In this document: one piece after another, positions 38,314 to 48,799 of the stretch
Layout of the letters: each line of letters opens with the position of its first letter
Numbering within the stretch: position 1 is the first letter of the stretch
Assembly (NCBI GenBank): GCA_964409875.1
Contig: CAYPEN010000002.1
Location: 274,630 to 338,629, forward strand
Reading direction: 5' to 3'
From: an uncultured Gammaproteobacteria bacterium
Lineage (GTDB): Bacteria > Patescibacteriota > Microgenomatia > Levybacterales > GWA1-39-11
DNA length: 64,000 nt
Made by a program: the position numbers and the translations under genes
The notes under the pieces: generated by a model
Database searches by the model: none
Told to the model about the DNA's origin: nothing
The model's input: only the letters and a program-made list of their open reading frames with translations

Positions 38314-40450
38314 GTTTATAAATTCTTGTGTTCCCACTTCGATATACAACTTTTCCTAATTGGGAGAATTTTGCTTCATATAAATTAGGATACTTCGAAC
38401 GTTCCGAATCGCCAACTATAACATAAGATATATGATACTTACGGATGAGCGGAGTTGTTTGTTGGGGACTGCCCTCATACAATGTCTTAATATCTTCTAG
38501 ACGTGATTGGGGAAAACTATAATCTCCTCGCCATAACCACTCATGAACCGTCCATCCAAGCGGGGTCGGGAGACCGGTGTTTGCGGAAATGCGTTCATAG
38601 TCTGTGTAGGAATCTCCTTGTGCCTCAAGAAGTACTGGTTGTCCGGTTATATTTTTTTGTATCCAAAGGACAGCATTATAGTCATCGGGATAAATAGTTT
38701 TAAGATATGATAAACCATCGAGACCCTTATAGGTTTTCAAGTTTCCAAAATAAGAGCTAACAGCAAAATATGAGTACGACAATATAAGTGCCAATAATGC
38801 AAAAGTGATGGGAAGCCAGAGGAACCGTCTTCCTTTATGAAATAGATATGCAATTGAAAAACTGGTGACTAACGAAAGCATTATGAAAGCCTGATACCCC
38901 AGTTTAAACATTGTATTCGCACGGTAGTGTGCGGGGTAAATATCTTTAGCATATATAAATTCCGGTGTGGCAATAAGGATTGTTGAAAGCAATATTAAAA
39001 GGAGCAAAAAAATGAGAGTCGGAGGTGTCTTTTTTAATTTCATAATTTTGATAATTAACGAAATGGAAAAAAAATAAAAGAATCCGTACAAAACAACAAG
39101 CATCCAAAAAGGAGAACGTTGGCAATGGTTTGGCTCGAAGAGGAAGGGACCCAATTTGCCCATGTGTACCAAAAAGTTTGGTGCACACACTACTCCTATT
39201 CCGGAAACAAAAGGCTTGAAATGAAGATTGAATGGAAACACGAACACGAGATACCCAATTGCTGCAAAACCGGTAAGTTGTAATGTTTTAAAAACGTACG
39301 CTTTCTTATGAGTAATAAGGTTAAGCTTTTCTTTGATATGGTACCATTTTATGGAGGTTTTATTTTTTCTTAATTTCAATATATCGCTTTTTAGGAGCAG
39401 CGTTGTGAATGAGAAGAGAACAAAATAAATAATTCCATCCCAAGCATTTGTCATGTACATCACAGCAAGCATAAATGAAATGAGTAATGTTTTTTTATAA
39501 GTAACTTTTTTTGTTAAGAAAACAGAATATAGAAGTGCAAGAGTCAGAAACACAAATGGAATGTCTAACACGTGTCCATGAAGATCAGAAACAACAAATG
39601 AATAAGAGGGAAATTCATGGATGGTAAAAGGAATAAATCTCGTTGCATTCGGATACCAATAATTGTTAGGGAAAGAAAATGGAAGGAATTTAAGTTGCCA
39701 AAAAGGGACTGGATTTTCGGGAGGTGTGTAGGGAGCAAAAAAAGCGTAGAGTGTTTGAAGATTTCCTCCAAAACTGACAATAAGTCCTCCGAGAATCCCC
39801 GTTAAGATACTTGTCCGTCTTATTTTTAAGACATCATAGGTTAGTGTCGACACAATTGAAAAGGCACAAGTCATAGTGAATGCAAAAATGGATACAAGCA
39901 TCAGATTAAAGGAAATGAAAGGTGATATTTGTGTAAGTTTTATGAGTAGTGCAGTTACAAAATGACCGAAATAATAATAGTTAATGGGAAATGGCGGGAA
40001 CCACATATCTTGTGGTGGAAAATAATTGCTTCTGAGAATGGAATTCATAAATCCGAAGTCCATAAATTTTTCTAGACCATGAATATCCGGTTGAAAACTT
40101 TTTACATACGCCCAAAGAAATAAAGATAAAAAGAAGAAAACTTCTTGAAAAATGATAATTCCAACTTCTCTTTTAAGAAGCCGAACTGGTTTTTTTCTTA
40201 AAATAATAATATCTAGTAAGACAAAACAAGCTATTACTAATGCGATGGTAAGACGAGTAAAGGGGAGAATATGAAATGTTCCTAAAATAAATACGAGATA
40301 AGAAATAACGACAAGTCCCAATATTTTAGCGAAGATGTAGCCTCTATCAATAAATTTGCTGAAAATAGGATAACTTATTGGCAGAAAAAGCATTCCTATT
40401 CCAAATAAGAAAAGCCACCATTTCAGAATGTAGAAAAAGTCATTTCCCAT
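38300..40450 (-). CDS. DUF2298 (YYY-motif) membrane protein, GT-C-like
   Basis: EKFMD, INYYYFG, IHEFP..SF..SDLHGH, NTMFK, GWTVHE..WR. Confidence 0.85.
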   Translation of the reverse strand: MGNDFFYILKWWLFLFGIGMLFLPISYPIFSKFIDRGYIFAKILGLVVISYLVFILGTFHILPFTRLTIALVIACFVLLDIIILRKKPVRLLKREVGIIIFQEVFFFLSLFLWAYVKSFQPDIHGLEKFMDFGFMNSILRSNYFPPQDMWFPPFPINYYYFGHFVTALLIKLTQISPFISFNLMLVSIFAFTMTCAFSIVSTLTYDVLKIRRTSILTGILGGLIVSFGGNLQTLYAFFAPYTPPENPVPFWQLKFLPFSFPNNYWYPNATRFIPFTIHEFPSYSFVVSDLHGHVLDIPFVFLTLALLYSVFLTKKVTYKKTLLISFMLAVMYMTNAWDGIIYFVLFSFTTLLLKSDILKLRKNKTSIKWYHIKEKLNLITHKKAYVFKTLQLTGFAAIGYLVFVFPFNLHFKPFVSGIGVVCAPNFLVHMGKLGPFLFEPNHCQRSPFWMLVVLYGFFYFFSISLIIKIMKLKKTPPTLIFLLLLILLSTILIATPEFIYAKDIYPAHYRANTMFKLGYQAFIMLSLVTSFSIAYLFHKGRRFLWLPITFALLALILSYSYFAVSSYFGNLKTYKGLDGLSYLKTIYPDDYNAVLWIQKNITGQPVLLEAQGDSYTDYERISANTGLPTPLGWTVHEWLWRGDYSFPQSRLEDIKTLYEGSPQQTTPLIRKYHISYVIVGDSERSKYPNLYEAKFSQLGKVVYRSGNTRIYKLISL

Positions 40451-41027
40451 TTGCGATTAGATTCTCCAACTCTTTTAGATTTGTAATTGCAGTAACATTT
40501 TTTGGAAGAGGTCCTTCGTTTTTTCTCCCATCTCTTAGCCAATATATTTTAAGATCTGGGATTTTCCGGGAAAGGTATAGTGCAAGATCCAGGTCATCGT
40601 CAACATAAGTGTCTATTTTTAATTTTTTAATAGTTTCTTCTTTAAATGCGTGGGGTTGTTGATTCAGAAAATTAAAATAGACGCCGTCAAAATATTTTTC
40701 CAATTTGTACTTTTCCATTATGGCTTGTGTTCTTTTATTCAAAAAACCAAAACGGCTTGAAACCAGATAGGTTTTGCTTTTTTTACCGGAGGCAATCCTT
40801 TTGAGGCTGTCAACATTTCCCCTGATAATGTGCCGGAAGATAGGGTAATGAGAAAGAATCCGTATTTTCTGCTCTACCGTTCCGGGAAAGCGGTAATGAA
40901 GTACAACATTTTTTGTTCTATTCTTCCGAAATACAAGAGATCCTTTATATAGATAATCAACGAGTGTATATGGAATAAAGGGAGGATAATCGATGAATAC
41001 CTTATCGAAATCAAAACCTAACGTCAT
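40440..41027 (-). CDS. HAD-superfamily hydrolase-like protein
   Basis: GFDFDKV, VSSR, K, YVDDD. Confidence 0.7.
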   Translation of the reverse strand: MTLGFDFDKVFIDYPPFIPYTLVDYLYKGSLVFRKNRTKNVVLHYRFPGTVEQKIRILSHYPIFRHIIRGNVDSLKRIASGKKSKTYLVSSRFGFLNKRTQAIMEKYKLEKYFDGVYFNFLNQQPHAFKEETIKKLKIDTYVDDDLDLALYLSRKIPDLKIYWLRDGRKNEGPLPKNVTAITNLKELENLIANGK

Positions 41028-41029
41028 AG

Positions 41030-42076
41030 TTACTTAAAAAATTTTTGCGCGAAATCAACCAGTTTAAAATTCCAAACCGTTCGGTGGGTGGTACCTTCAC
41101 GCCCGATGAATTCTTTCCGATGGTTTTTGTACCAATCATAGCTTTCAAAAAGAATATCCTGATTGCTCTTTGTTGCTTTGTATCCTAATTTTTTCTCAGC
41201 TTTCTCAATACTTACATAAGAGTCAACCGGAAATGTTTTATAATGCCAAGCAACCAGAGGAGAGAGATTGAAAAATTCCAAAATAGAAAGAGCCAGTTGG
41301 GTCGGAAGCACAGGGAGAGAAATTATTCTTGATTTTGAATTTGCATGTTTTATAAGTGCTCCCAAGTCTTGTCTCCATGTTCCGAATTTTTTAGCTCCTA
41401 TGTTAAATATTTCTCCACTTATCCGTGTTGCAAGGGAGGATTCTATTGCTTTTGCCAAGTCTCCAACTTCAAGAAGCTGATACAGATTGTTCCCATTTCC
41501 CAATATAAAAACTGGTCTGTTGTTATAAATTGCTTCAAACCAAATAGTAAAAACTCCAAGCCTTTCGGGTCCCAAAAAAGACTTTGGTCTTAAAATGTTA
41601 ATTTTCAGTCCTTTTTTTTGGTAAGAAAGACACAGTTTTTCTGCTTGCGCTTTACTTTCACCGTAATGCCCTATCGGATATATTTTATCGGTTTCGGTTT
41701 CCGGCAGGGTCCGTGGGACGCCATACATTGCAGTGGTTGAAATAAATATGAGTTTTTTTATTTTATTCTTCAAAGACGCCTTAAGAACCTGTCTTGTGCC
41801 ATTTACATTTACATCAAAAATATAATTCCTATCATGATGTATTGGTAAAGCTGCGGCTGCATGAACGACGTACGTTATCTGTGCTAATGCCTTTTCAAGA
41901 CTGGTGTAGTCCCTAATATCTGCGTTAACAACATTCACTTTTCCGATGATGTCTTTGGCAGTAAGGGGAGCAGTATCCAGAAGAGTTACACGGTATTTTT
42001 TTTTCAAAAAGTAACGGGCAAGATGTACACCAAGAAACCCTGTACCGCCTGTTATGAGAATGCGTGGTTGTGTCAT
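41030..42076 (-). CDS. NAD-dependent epimerase/dehydratase
   Basis: ITGGTGFLG, YGESK; start MTQPRIL at 42076. Confidence 0.92.
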   Translation of the reverse strand: MTQPRILITGGTGFLGVHLARYFLKKKYRVTLLDTAPLTAKDIIGKVNVVNADIRDYTSLEKALAQITYVVHAAAALPIHHDRNYIFDVNVNGTRQVLKASLKNKIKKLIFISTTAMYGVPRTLPETETDKIYPIGHYGESKAQAEKLCLSYQKKGLKINILRPKSFLGPERLGVFTIWFEAIYNNRPVFILGNGNNLYQLLEVGDLAKAIESSLATRISGEIFNIGAKKFGTWRQDLGALIKHANSKSRIISLPVLPTQLALSILEFFNLSPLVAWHYKTFPVDSYVSIEKAEKKLGYKATKSNQDILFESYDWYKNHRKEFIGREGTTHRTVWNFKLVDFAQKFFK

Positions 42077-42088
42077 ATATATGAGTGT

Positions 42089-42184
42089 TTTACTCCGTAT
42101 AAGCAGAGCTTTACTCCGTATAAACAAGTTTTACTCCGTATAAGCAGAGCTTTACTCCGTATAAACAAGTTTTACTTTGTATAA
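42089..42184. repeat. Tandem repeat with core TTTACTCCGTATAA (four exact copies, one degenerate)
   Basis: Cores at 42089, 42110, 42130, 42151 and 42171; alternating 21/20-bp spacing. Confidence 0.9.
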
Positions 42185-42236
42185 TTCTAGTCGGAAAGTT
42201 CTTTTAAATCAATCTCTTTTGATATATTCAGAACGC

Positions 42237-43985
42237 TTATTGCTGATTGGTTTTTTTGAATATCATAATTTTCGAGTGGTCATTTACGGTAAATGACTCG
42301 TCGGCAGAGTCATCAATAATTGGAATGTTAAGAACGGGAACGGTTGGATATGATGTAAACTCGGCCACTTTTTTGTAGCCCAGTTGCCCCGAGAAAAGCT
42401 TTTTGTAATATTTTGCAGTCTTCGGATAGCATCTATAGAGGGGTAGTTTACTGCAATCGGTCAATTTTTGAAGAGGAACATACAGCCTGTTTGAAGCAAT
42501 AACGATATATTCACTACTTTTAAGTAATTGATTAATATTCTGCCATTTCTGATTGGTATCCGGATCATAAAGAGGAAGGGTAATTTGGATATAGTTTTCA
42601 TATCCGTATACCGGTAAAGAGTCATCCCAGTGCTCCACAGCAAGGCTGCTTCCATGTGGTATATTTTTGTTTATCCAATTTGATGCTTGAATCCTTGTAT
42701 TTAGTTTTGTGTAGATTGTGGTAAAAGAGATAGGATAAATTAGTACGATTATTAAAAACAAAAAAAGCATAAATTTTTTTGTAATATAATTTACAGGTTT
42801 GAAGCGCGTTAATATTTGCTCTGAAATGAGCCATCCACAAAATAACGCAAGAATTGGATATATAGGAAGCATGTATCTCATCCATCCAACAGCAAAACTT
42901 CCGAAGAGTGCAAAATAAAACAAGAAATAGATGAGCACGATGACGGTTTGTATTGCTTGTAATCTTCCTTTTAGTATTGACTGAAAAAGTTTAATAAATC
43001 CCACTAAAAAGGAAATTCCCATAATAGGACCAATTCCCCATAGAAAAATATTAAGAAATTCATGTAGAAAAGGAATCTTCCCGACATACTGCAATGTGTA
43101 AGGAAAAACAAAAGGATCTTTTGACATTTGAGACTGGGCTACGGTCTGTTTTACAAACTCTTGAAAATCAATGATGGTGTATGGTTGAGTAGCAACAAAA
43201 GTTGCAATGGCTGTTGCAAAAAAAAGAAGCATTTTTGTGAACAAGTGTAATTTTATACCTCTCTTTTTAAATGAACGAAAAATAAGTATCAAAAACAGTC
43301 CTATTATAAGGGGCAAAATTACAAGAGCGCTTACTTTTGTCGCAAGCGCGAGCCCGTAAAATATTCCTAACAATACAAACAACATAGTGCTACGGTTATT
43401 AACTAGAGAAACCAACATCAGAAGCACCCCTGTCATAAAAAAGGTAAGCATTGTATCAACCGTGAAGAAATGAGAAGACTGAATGGGAAAAACAAACAAA
43501 GCATAAGAAAGTGCAGCAAAAAGACCTGTCCTTTTTGAAAAAATTGAAGATGCCAATAGAAAAACAGTAAATATGGTAAAAGTATCAAATGATGCGGAAA
43601 TTATCCTCCCAACAACATACATCTGTGAGTACTCTTTAAAAGCAGGATTTATATTGGAGGCAAATTCGGAAAATATTCTTAAGACATATAAGGGAAAATT
43701 TCCATATGCAAAAAAATGTGGGTTAAGAGGACTTTCTGGTGAAAAGAATTCAGCTAAATTTTGGGGTAATTGTATGGGAACCGTAAACATAACAATCGCT
43801 CGTTCATCAGGATGAAAATAAAAACCGCTGTCCCAATTGACATTAAAAGTTCGGAAGTAAAATCCGACAATTATTATGAGAAGCAGATAAATATATGTTG
43901 AAAATTTCCTCTTCAGTACGATTAGAGAATCAGACAACAAGAAACGTTGATTAATTTTTTTCGGATTATTTTTTTTCTTCACCAT
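42237..43985 (-). CDS. GT39/PMT-like membrane glycosyltransferase
   Basis: FHPDER, LNPHFFAYG, HFFTVD, ATK, RYMLP. Confidence 0.88.
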   Translation of the reverse strand: MVKKKNNPKKINQRFLLSDSLIVLKRKFSTYIYLLLIIIVGFYFRTFNVNWDSGFYFHPDERAIVMFTVPIQLPQNLAEFFSPESPLNPHFFAYGNFPLYVLRIFSEFASNINPAFKEYSQMYVVGRIISASFDTFTIFTVFLLASSIFSKRTGLFAALSYALFVFPIQSSHFFTVDTMLTFFMTGVLLMLVSLVNNRSTMLFVLLGIFYGLALATKVSALVILPLIIGLFLILIFRSFKKRGIKLHLFTKMLLFFATAIATFVATQPYTIIDFQEFVKQTVAQSQMSKDPFVFPYTLQYVGKIPFLHEFLNIFLWGIGPIMGISFLVGFIKLFQSILKGRLQAIQTVIVLIYFLFYFALFGSFAVGWMRYMLPIYPILALFCGWLISEQILTRFKPVNYITKKFMLFLFLIIVLIYPISFTTIYTKLNTRIQASNWINKNIPHGSSLAVEHWDDSLPVYGYENYIQITLPLYDPDTNQKWQNINQLLKSSEYIVIASNRLYVPLQKLTDCSKLPLYRCYPKTAKYYKKLFSGQLGYKKVAEFTSYPTVPVLNIPIIDDSADESFTVNDHSKIMIFKKTNQQ

Positions 43986-43989
43986 TCTA

Positions 43990-45651
43990 TTAATTATTGC
44001 CCAATTTTTTGAAAATATAAACGGTTGGTCTATCGAATACATTCACTGTTTGCTCATATGTATAAACAGGGTTTCCGATGTATAAAATGTTGCAAAGAAT
44101 GTCGCAGGGTGTTTCGTAAATCTTTGCGAAATTTCGTTTGTCATCAAAAAGCTTTCTATAAAATTGACTGCTTTTTGGGAATAGTTGTGGGCTCATGAGT
44201 CTAGATTGTACAATCCTTTGACTTGGTAAGATAATAAATTGAGCCAGCTTCAATTCTTTTTTTAATTCTTTTTCTTTTTCCTTAGTATCGTCGAGTTGAT
44301 AAAAATCAAATATTTTAACCGCTGAAAAATAAGGGTTAAAAGGAGTAATCCCTAAATCGTAAGGTTCAGTTAAAATCTTTGCTTCGGACCCTATATTTTT
44401 TCTTGCCCAAGAAAGTGCTTGCAGACGTGTGTCGGTATCAATCAACACAACTTTGAAATATACAAAAGAGTAAAAAATTGAGAAGAAGATAAGTATGCAT
44501 GTCAAATAAAAGGAATACCGTTTCTTTTTGAATATTGCCAAAAAATCAAGTCCTTTAGCAAGGAAGATATATATAAAAGGAAGAGTGGGTATATAATACC
44601 TTGTCCATTTGACAAAAAGAAATGTTTGAGAAAAAAAAGACACCAGAAGGAAAAACATAAGCAATAATATTTTTTGATTCTTGTCTTGCCATATATTTTT
44701 AATTACAAAAGGTGAAACAATTAACACAGATATCGCGACAAACGGGTTAAGGAGAAATGGAAAAATGTGTAGAAACTGGAAAAGAACTGGTATTGAGTGA
44801 GCGAAGGATTGAGTGTAGAAAACAACGTATTTACCCAGCGCAACTCCCGATTCGTAGTTCATGCTATTTAAAAAACTTGCATTATCGAACCAATAAAATG
44901 GAGATGTAAAAAACAGGACAATGAAAGGAATGCCAAGAATAAGAGCGAGTTTTAATATGAGCTTTTCGATAAGGAGGAAATTCCTTTTTTTCTTTTTTAT
45001 AATTTTTCCAACATCATAATACAAAACAAGAAAGAAACAGAGTGGCAAATAGATAAGAGATGAAATTTTTATAGAAAATAAAAATCCTAAAATTATACTT
45101 CCGAATATGATATAGACATTTTTGGATGTTTCCTGATATCGCATTAGAACATACATCAAAAGTAGAGTAAAAAAGGTTAGCCATATTTCAAAAGTTCCGA
45201 AGTGCGCATATTGGATGAGCCCAACACTAAATAGTGAAAAAACCAAACTGATTGTTGCTGCCTTTGTGCCCCCCACTTTTTTTCCTACCGCATATACAAG
45301 TTGAAGAATTATGATACTAAGGAAAAGTGAAAAAATCCTGGAGACAATAATTGCATCTTCAAATAGCACAACTTCAGGTTGAGCTGAAGAAATGTGTAGA
45401 AAATTGCGAACCAAATTGGAAGCAACACCCGTAAAATAAATAGAATAAATAGGAAGTGTTCCGTATGCAAAAAAATGAGGGTTAAGCTGCTCCGGATACT
45501 TGAGCCCACTGACCGAGCTTGCAATATTTCTTTCATCCGGATGAAAGAAAAAAGGACTACCCCAGGATAGATTGTAGGCCCTTAAGAGTATCCCGACACA
45601 TACTAATACTACGAGAATTTTCTTTGTGACCAACGGCAGACTATTCCTCAT
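43990..45651 (-). CDS. GT39/PMT-like membrane glycosyltransferase (paralog of the adjacent gene)
   Basis: FHPDERNI, LNPHFFAYG, HFGT.E, RYYIP. Confidence 0.88.
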   Translation of the reverse strand: MRNSLPLVTKKILVVLVCVGILLRAYNLSWGSPFFFHPDERNIASSVSGLKYPEQLNPHFFAYGTLPIYSIYFTGVASNLVRNFLHISSAQPEVVLFEDAIIVSRIFSLFLSIIILQLVYAVGKKVGGTKAATISLVFSLFSVGLIQYAHFGTFEIWLTFFTLLLMYVLMRYQETSKNVYIIFGSIILGFLFSIKISSLIYLPLCFFLVLYYDVGKIIKKKKRNFLLIEKLILKLALILGIPFIVLFFTSPFYWFDNASFLNSMNYESGVALGKYVVFYTQSFAHSIPVLFQFLHIFPFLLNPFVAISVLIVSPFVIKNIWQDKNQKILLLMFFLLVSFFSQTFLFVKWTRYYIPTLPFIYIFLAKGLDFLAIFKKKRYSFYLTCILIFFSIFYSFVYFKVVLIDTDTRLQALSWARKNIGSEAKILTEPYDLGITPFNPYFSAVKIFDFYQLDDTKEKEKELKKELKLAQFIILPSQRIVQSRLMSPQLFPKSSQFYRKLFDDKRNFAKIYETPCDILCNILYIGNPVYTYEQTVNVFDRPTVYIFKKLGNN

Positions 45652-46930
45652 TTTTTAGATAGTCAGATATTTTTTTGCCAAGTTCGACTGCATAATTTGT
45701 TCCCCTATCCCAAGGGTAGACTTGTTGAATGTTGGCAAGATATACATTTTTTAGTGGAGTGCGAAAAGCGGGAATATTCATCGAATAATTTGGAGGAATA
45801 ATCGGTTGGGCAAAAAAAGCCTTGAACACTCTTTCCCCAATTATGGTTTTTTTATAGCCGGGGGATATCTTTTCCAAATACGGATGATATAAATTGAGAA
45901 GTTCATCTTCATTCAATGCAAACTTTTTGTCATCCACTGGATTATAATTTCCGACATACAACAAATGCTCGTTGTTATACTTTTTGGAATCCATGAAATT
46001 TGTGTGTTCGACGACTGCCAGAATTGGGGATTTAATGTCGCACATATTGAGCCAATATGTTCCGTCTTTCATAAATTGTTTTGAGAGACGAAGAACTAAA
46101 TTTATTGCACCTATCCCTTTAAGACGCGTAAGGGAGTCAACATATTTTTTTGGAAGAGAGGGGGCAATTTTAATAAACAACGGTGAAGGGACTGTAACGA
46201 TAATCTTATCAAAGACTTCAGTTTGTTCTCGGTTGTTTCGGAATGTTATTTGCGGCGTTTTTTTTGCATTAATACTAAGTACTTCAGTTTCATGATGGAT
46301 TACAACATTGTTTTTTACCAATACATCTTCCAGATGACTTGCAAAATGTAAAAATCCGCCCTCAGGATAGGCAAGGCTCGGTGTCCGTTTATAAATCCTT
46401 GCCCAGAACCAGGCAAGGGACACTGTTGGAGCATATTTTCCAAGCTTATTTACCATCAACGGCTCCCAAATGGTTTTGTAACTTTTTTCACCCATGAATT
46501 TTTTAAGATATGGAACCGCTCTATATTTTTCTAACGGTTTCCAAATAGGGTTATACTTCAAAAAAGCAAGGGCTACTCCGGTTCGAAGCCTATCAATAAT
46601 AGGAATTTTTGGAAATTTTAACAATGAGACAGGCGAGTCAAGTTGATAAATTCCACCTTCAACAAAAGATGAAGTTTTCGGTCTTTTTACAATAACTTTG
46701 TGATTGATTTCCTCAGCCAATTCAAGAACGCTTTTATCGTTTGTAAACCAATGGTGGTAATGCTGCTCTAAGGTCCAGTCCCATCCTTTTTCCTTATAAC
46801 CTAAGGCAAGTCCTCCGGGAAGCTTGTCCTTTTCAAAAATGGTAACATGATGCCCTTTTTTTTGTAGGTAAAATGCTGCGGCAAGACCGGTAAAACCGGC
46901 TCCGATGATGCCTATTTTCATGTTTTTCAA
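45641..46930 (-). CDS. FAD-dependent oxidoreductase (amine oxidase/HemY-like)
   Basis: GAGFTGLAAA, EK...GGLA, YHHWF, YPWDRGTNYA. Confidence 0.88.
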   Translation of the reverse strand: MKNMKIGIIGAGFTGLAAAFYLQKKGHHVTIFEKDKLPGGLALGYKEKGWDWTLEQHYHHWFTNDKSVLELAEEINHKVIVKRPKTSSFVEGGIYQLDSPVSLLKFPKIPIIDRLRTGVALAFLKYNPIWKPLEKYRAVPYLKKFMGEKSYKTIWEPLMVNKLGKYAPTVSLAWFWARIYKRTPSLAYPEGGFLHFASHLEDVLVKNNVVIHHETEVLSINAKKTPQITFRNNREQTEVFDKIIVTVPSPLFIKIAPSLPKKYVDSLTRLKGIGAINLVLRLSKQFMKDGTYWLNMCDIKSPILAVVEHTNFMDSKKYNNEHLLYVGNYNPVDDKKFALNEDELLNLYHPYLEKISPGYKKTIIGERVFKAFFAQPIIPPNYSMNIPAFRTPLKNVYLANIQQVYPWDRGTNYAVELGKKISDYLKNEE

Positions 46931-46969
46931 CTATATCAAAATGAGTAAAGAAAACAAGCGTGTAATTGT

Positions 46970-48373
46970 TTACAGTGCAAACAATATCGCAGTACCAGCA
47001 ACAATAAGAATAACGGAAATTCCAGTAAGTATTGCAGTGTTTTCAACGCCGCCTGGTTTTGCAATCGGCGGCAGCTTCGTAGGTGTATAGTATACGGTTG
47101 GTTTCATTGTGGGAAGGGAGGTAGGAGTTGCTGTTGCGACAAGCGTCGGTGTAGGCGATGCTGTCGGAGAGGGGGAAAGCGATGGAGTTACAGTTGTAGT
47201 AACGGTAGGTGTCGGCTTATTAGTAGGTGTGGGTGAAGGGGTTGGTGTTGCTGTTGGTTTTATTGTAGGGGAGGCTGAGGGTGTAGCATTTTCAGTTATT
47301 TGAGAGCCTTGCGGAAATATGTTGAAGTTACGTGTAAGACTTACTTTTGGATTATTGGAATCATTTGTTGTTATGGTTAACGCATGCTTTCCTTGCGGTA
47401 TCCCGTTCGGGGCTTGATATGACCATGAACCATCGGCTTTCACTAAAAGTTGTTGCTCAACTACCCCTGGAATTGTAAGCGAAAGAGTCGAATTAGGATA
47501 GGATGTTCCGGAAAATAAAGGTCGTTGGTCAACGAATGACTCATCTTGTTTTGGACTTATTATGTCGACCGTTTTTCCACTTGTCGGAAATGGTATGTTG
47601 AGTTGAGAGCTTTGCGTTGAGACAACTTCGCTTACCTGAGTAAATACGTATTGCTGTAAAAGCGTTACCGGAGGAAGGTTTTGTCCCGCCTGATAGGTTG
47701 TAGAAACAGACGCTTTCATTGTTTGTCGGAAAACCGTTATGGAGAAAGTCGTTTCATTTTGCAGGATGACATATTCATTTCCTGCAAGCGATCTTAATGA
47801 ATTTGTCGGAAGTATAAACTCGCCTTTCGAATCAGTTACGGCAGATATTATCTCCGATTGCTCGGTTTTAGCAATAATAATTGCATCACTCCCCACTCCT
47901 CCATCCGGTAAGAGCACTTTTCCAAAAAGCGGGTTTTGACTCGGTGGGGCTGAAGATATGGATTTCCCCGTTTTTACCGCATATGAAGAGTTGGCATACT
48001 CTTTCCCTCCTACTAAGAGTTTAAATGAGTATGTTGTTTCGGGTGACAAATTCGGGACCGTTATGTGATGTGAATAATATTTTGCTTGAGCTCCTGTTTT
48101 CTTGTCCCTATCATCTAATATAATGGAGTTCCCTGTTTTTGCATCATTAATGTTTACGACACCATCAACAAGTCCGGCTGTTGTGAAGGCAACCGTAAAT
48201 GAGGTGTCTGTTATATTAGTCACCGAAAAATTTTGGGGTTCCGTATCGGGCGCAGCTTTTCCAACATAAAAAATTCCATTTTTGATAAGAATGGTTGATA
48301 TCCCAATAACAACTACAAGTACGATAATTGCAAAAAGTGTCGGAATTCTTTTATTAAAAAGTCCTTTTTTCAT
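46970..48373 (-). CDS. Surface protein with FN3 and Ig-like domains and a Thr/Pro-rich linker
   Basis: N- and C-terminal TM helices, HHITV.NL.PETTY, ADGSWSY, PTATPT tract. Confidence 0.8.
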   Translation of the reverse strand: MKKGLFNKRIPTLFAIIVLVVVIGISTILIKNGIFYVGKAAPDTEPQNFSVTNITDTSFTVAFTTAGLVDGVVNINDAKTGNSIILDDRDKKTGAQAKYYSHHITVPNLSPETTYSFKLLVGGKEYANSSYAVKTGKSISSAPPSQNPLFGKVLLPDGGVGSDAIIIAKTEQSEIISAVTDSKGEFILPTNSLRSLAGNEYVILQNETTFSITVFRQTMKASVSTTYQAGQNLPPVTLLQQYVFTQVSEVVSTQSSQLNIPFPTSGKTVDIISPKQDESFVDQRPLFSGTSYPNSTLSLTIPGVVEQQLLVKADGSWSYQAPNGIPQGKHALTITTNDSNNPKVSLTRNFNIFPQGSQITENATPSASPTIKPTATPTPSPTPTNKPTPTVTTTVTPSLSPSPTASPTPTLVATATPTSLPTMKPTVYYTPTKLPPIAKPGGVENTAILTGISVILIVAGTAILFAL

Positions 48374-48377
48374 ATTG

Positions 48378-48728
48378 TTATGGACCAGGAGTGACAGGTA
48401 TGATGACTGTCGGTGTCGCACTCACTGATGCTATCTTGGATGATTGTATGCTTACGGTAGGGCTTGGTGTAGGAGTTGTTCCGGAACCGGTTTCTTTTGA
48501 ATCATCCGAAACAATTTCACTTTTGCCCTGAATGGTAACGTTAATAGGTTTCCTTTTTTTAAGTTCGCTCAATGTTTTTTTATCAAAAGTCCCAGGGATT
48601 GGAACGACGTGGGCTTGTGTAGATTGAGGGAGCGAGGACAAGGAATAATTATGGTAAATATTAAGACCAATAATTATCATAACTGCAAATGTGCTGAACC
48701 CTGAAAGAAGCAGTAGGTTTTTTAACAT
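48378..48728 (-). CDS. Membrane-anchored hypothetical protein in the pilNO operon
   Basis: N-terminal TM helix, Thr/Pro-rich tail. Confidence 0.7.
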   Translation of the reverse strand: MLKNLLLLSGFSTFAVMIIIGLNIYHNYSLSSLPQSTQAHVVPIPGTFDKKTLSELKKRKPINVTIQGKSEIVSDDSKETGSGTTPTPSPTVSIQSSKIASVSATPTVIIPVTPGP

Positions 48729-48799
48729 AGTAAATTTATTATAATTTGTTCTTTAACCTGCCCATAGCGGAGTAGTCAGACTATGCATTTCTATTAAAT

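Noticed and set aside
42089-42184. Tandem repeat as a CRISPR array or an N-terminal coding extension of the epimerase
   Set aside because: Linkers are 6-7 nt and alternate; the 41-bp period is not a codon multiple and a good ATG lies at 42076
47100-47290. Repetitive DNA in Thr/Pro-rich tracts (also about 54180-54260)
   Set aside because: Explained by low-complexity protein linkers
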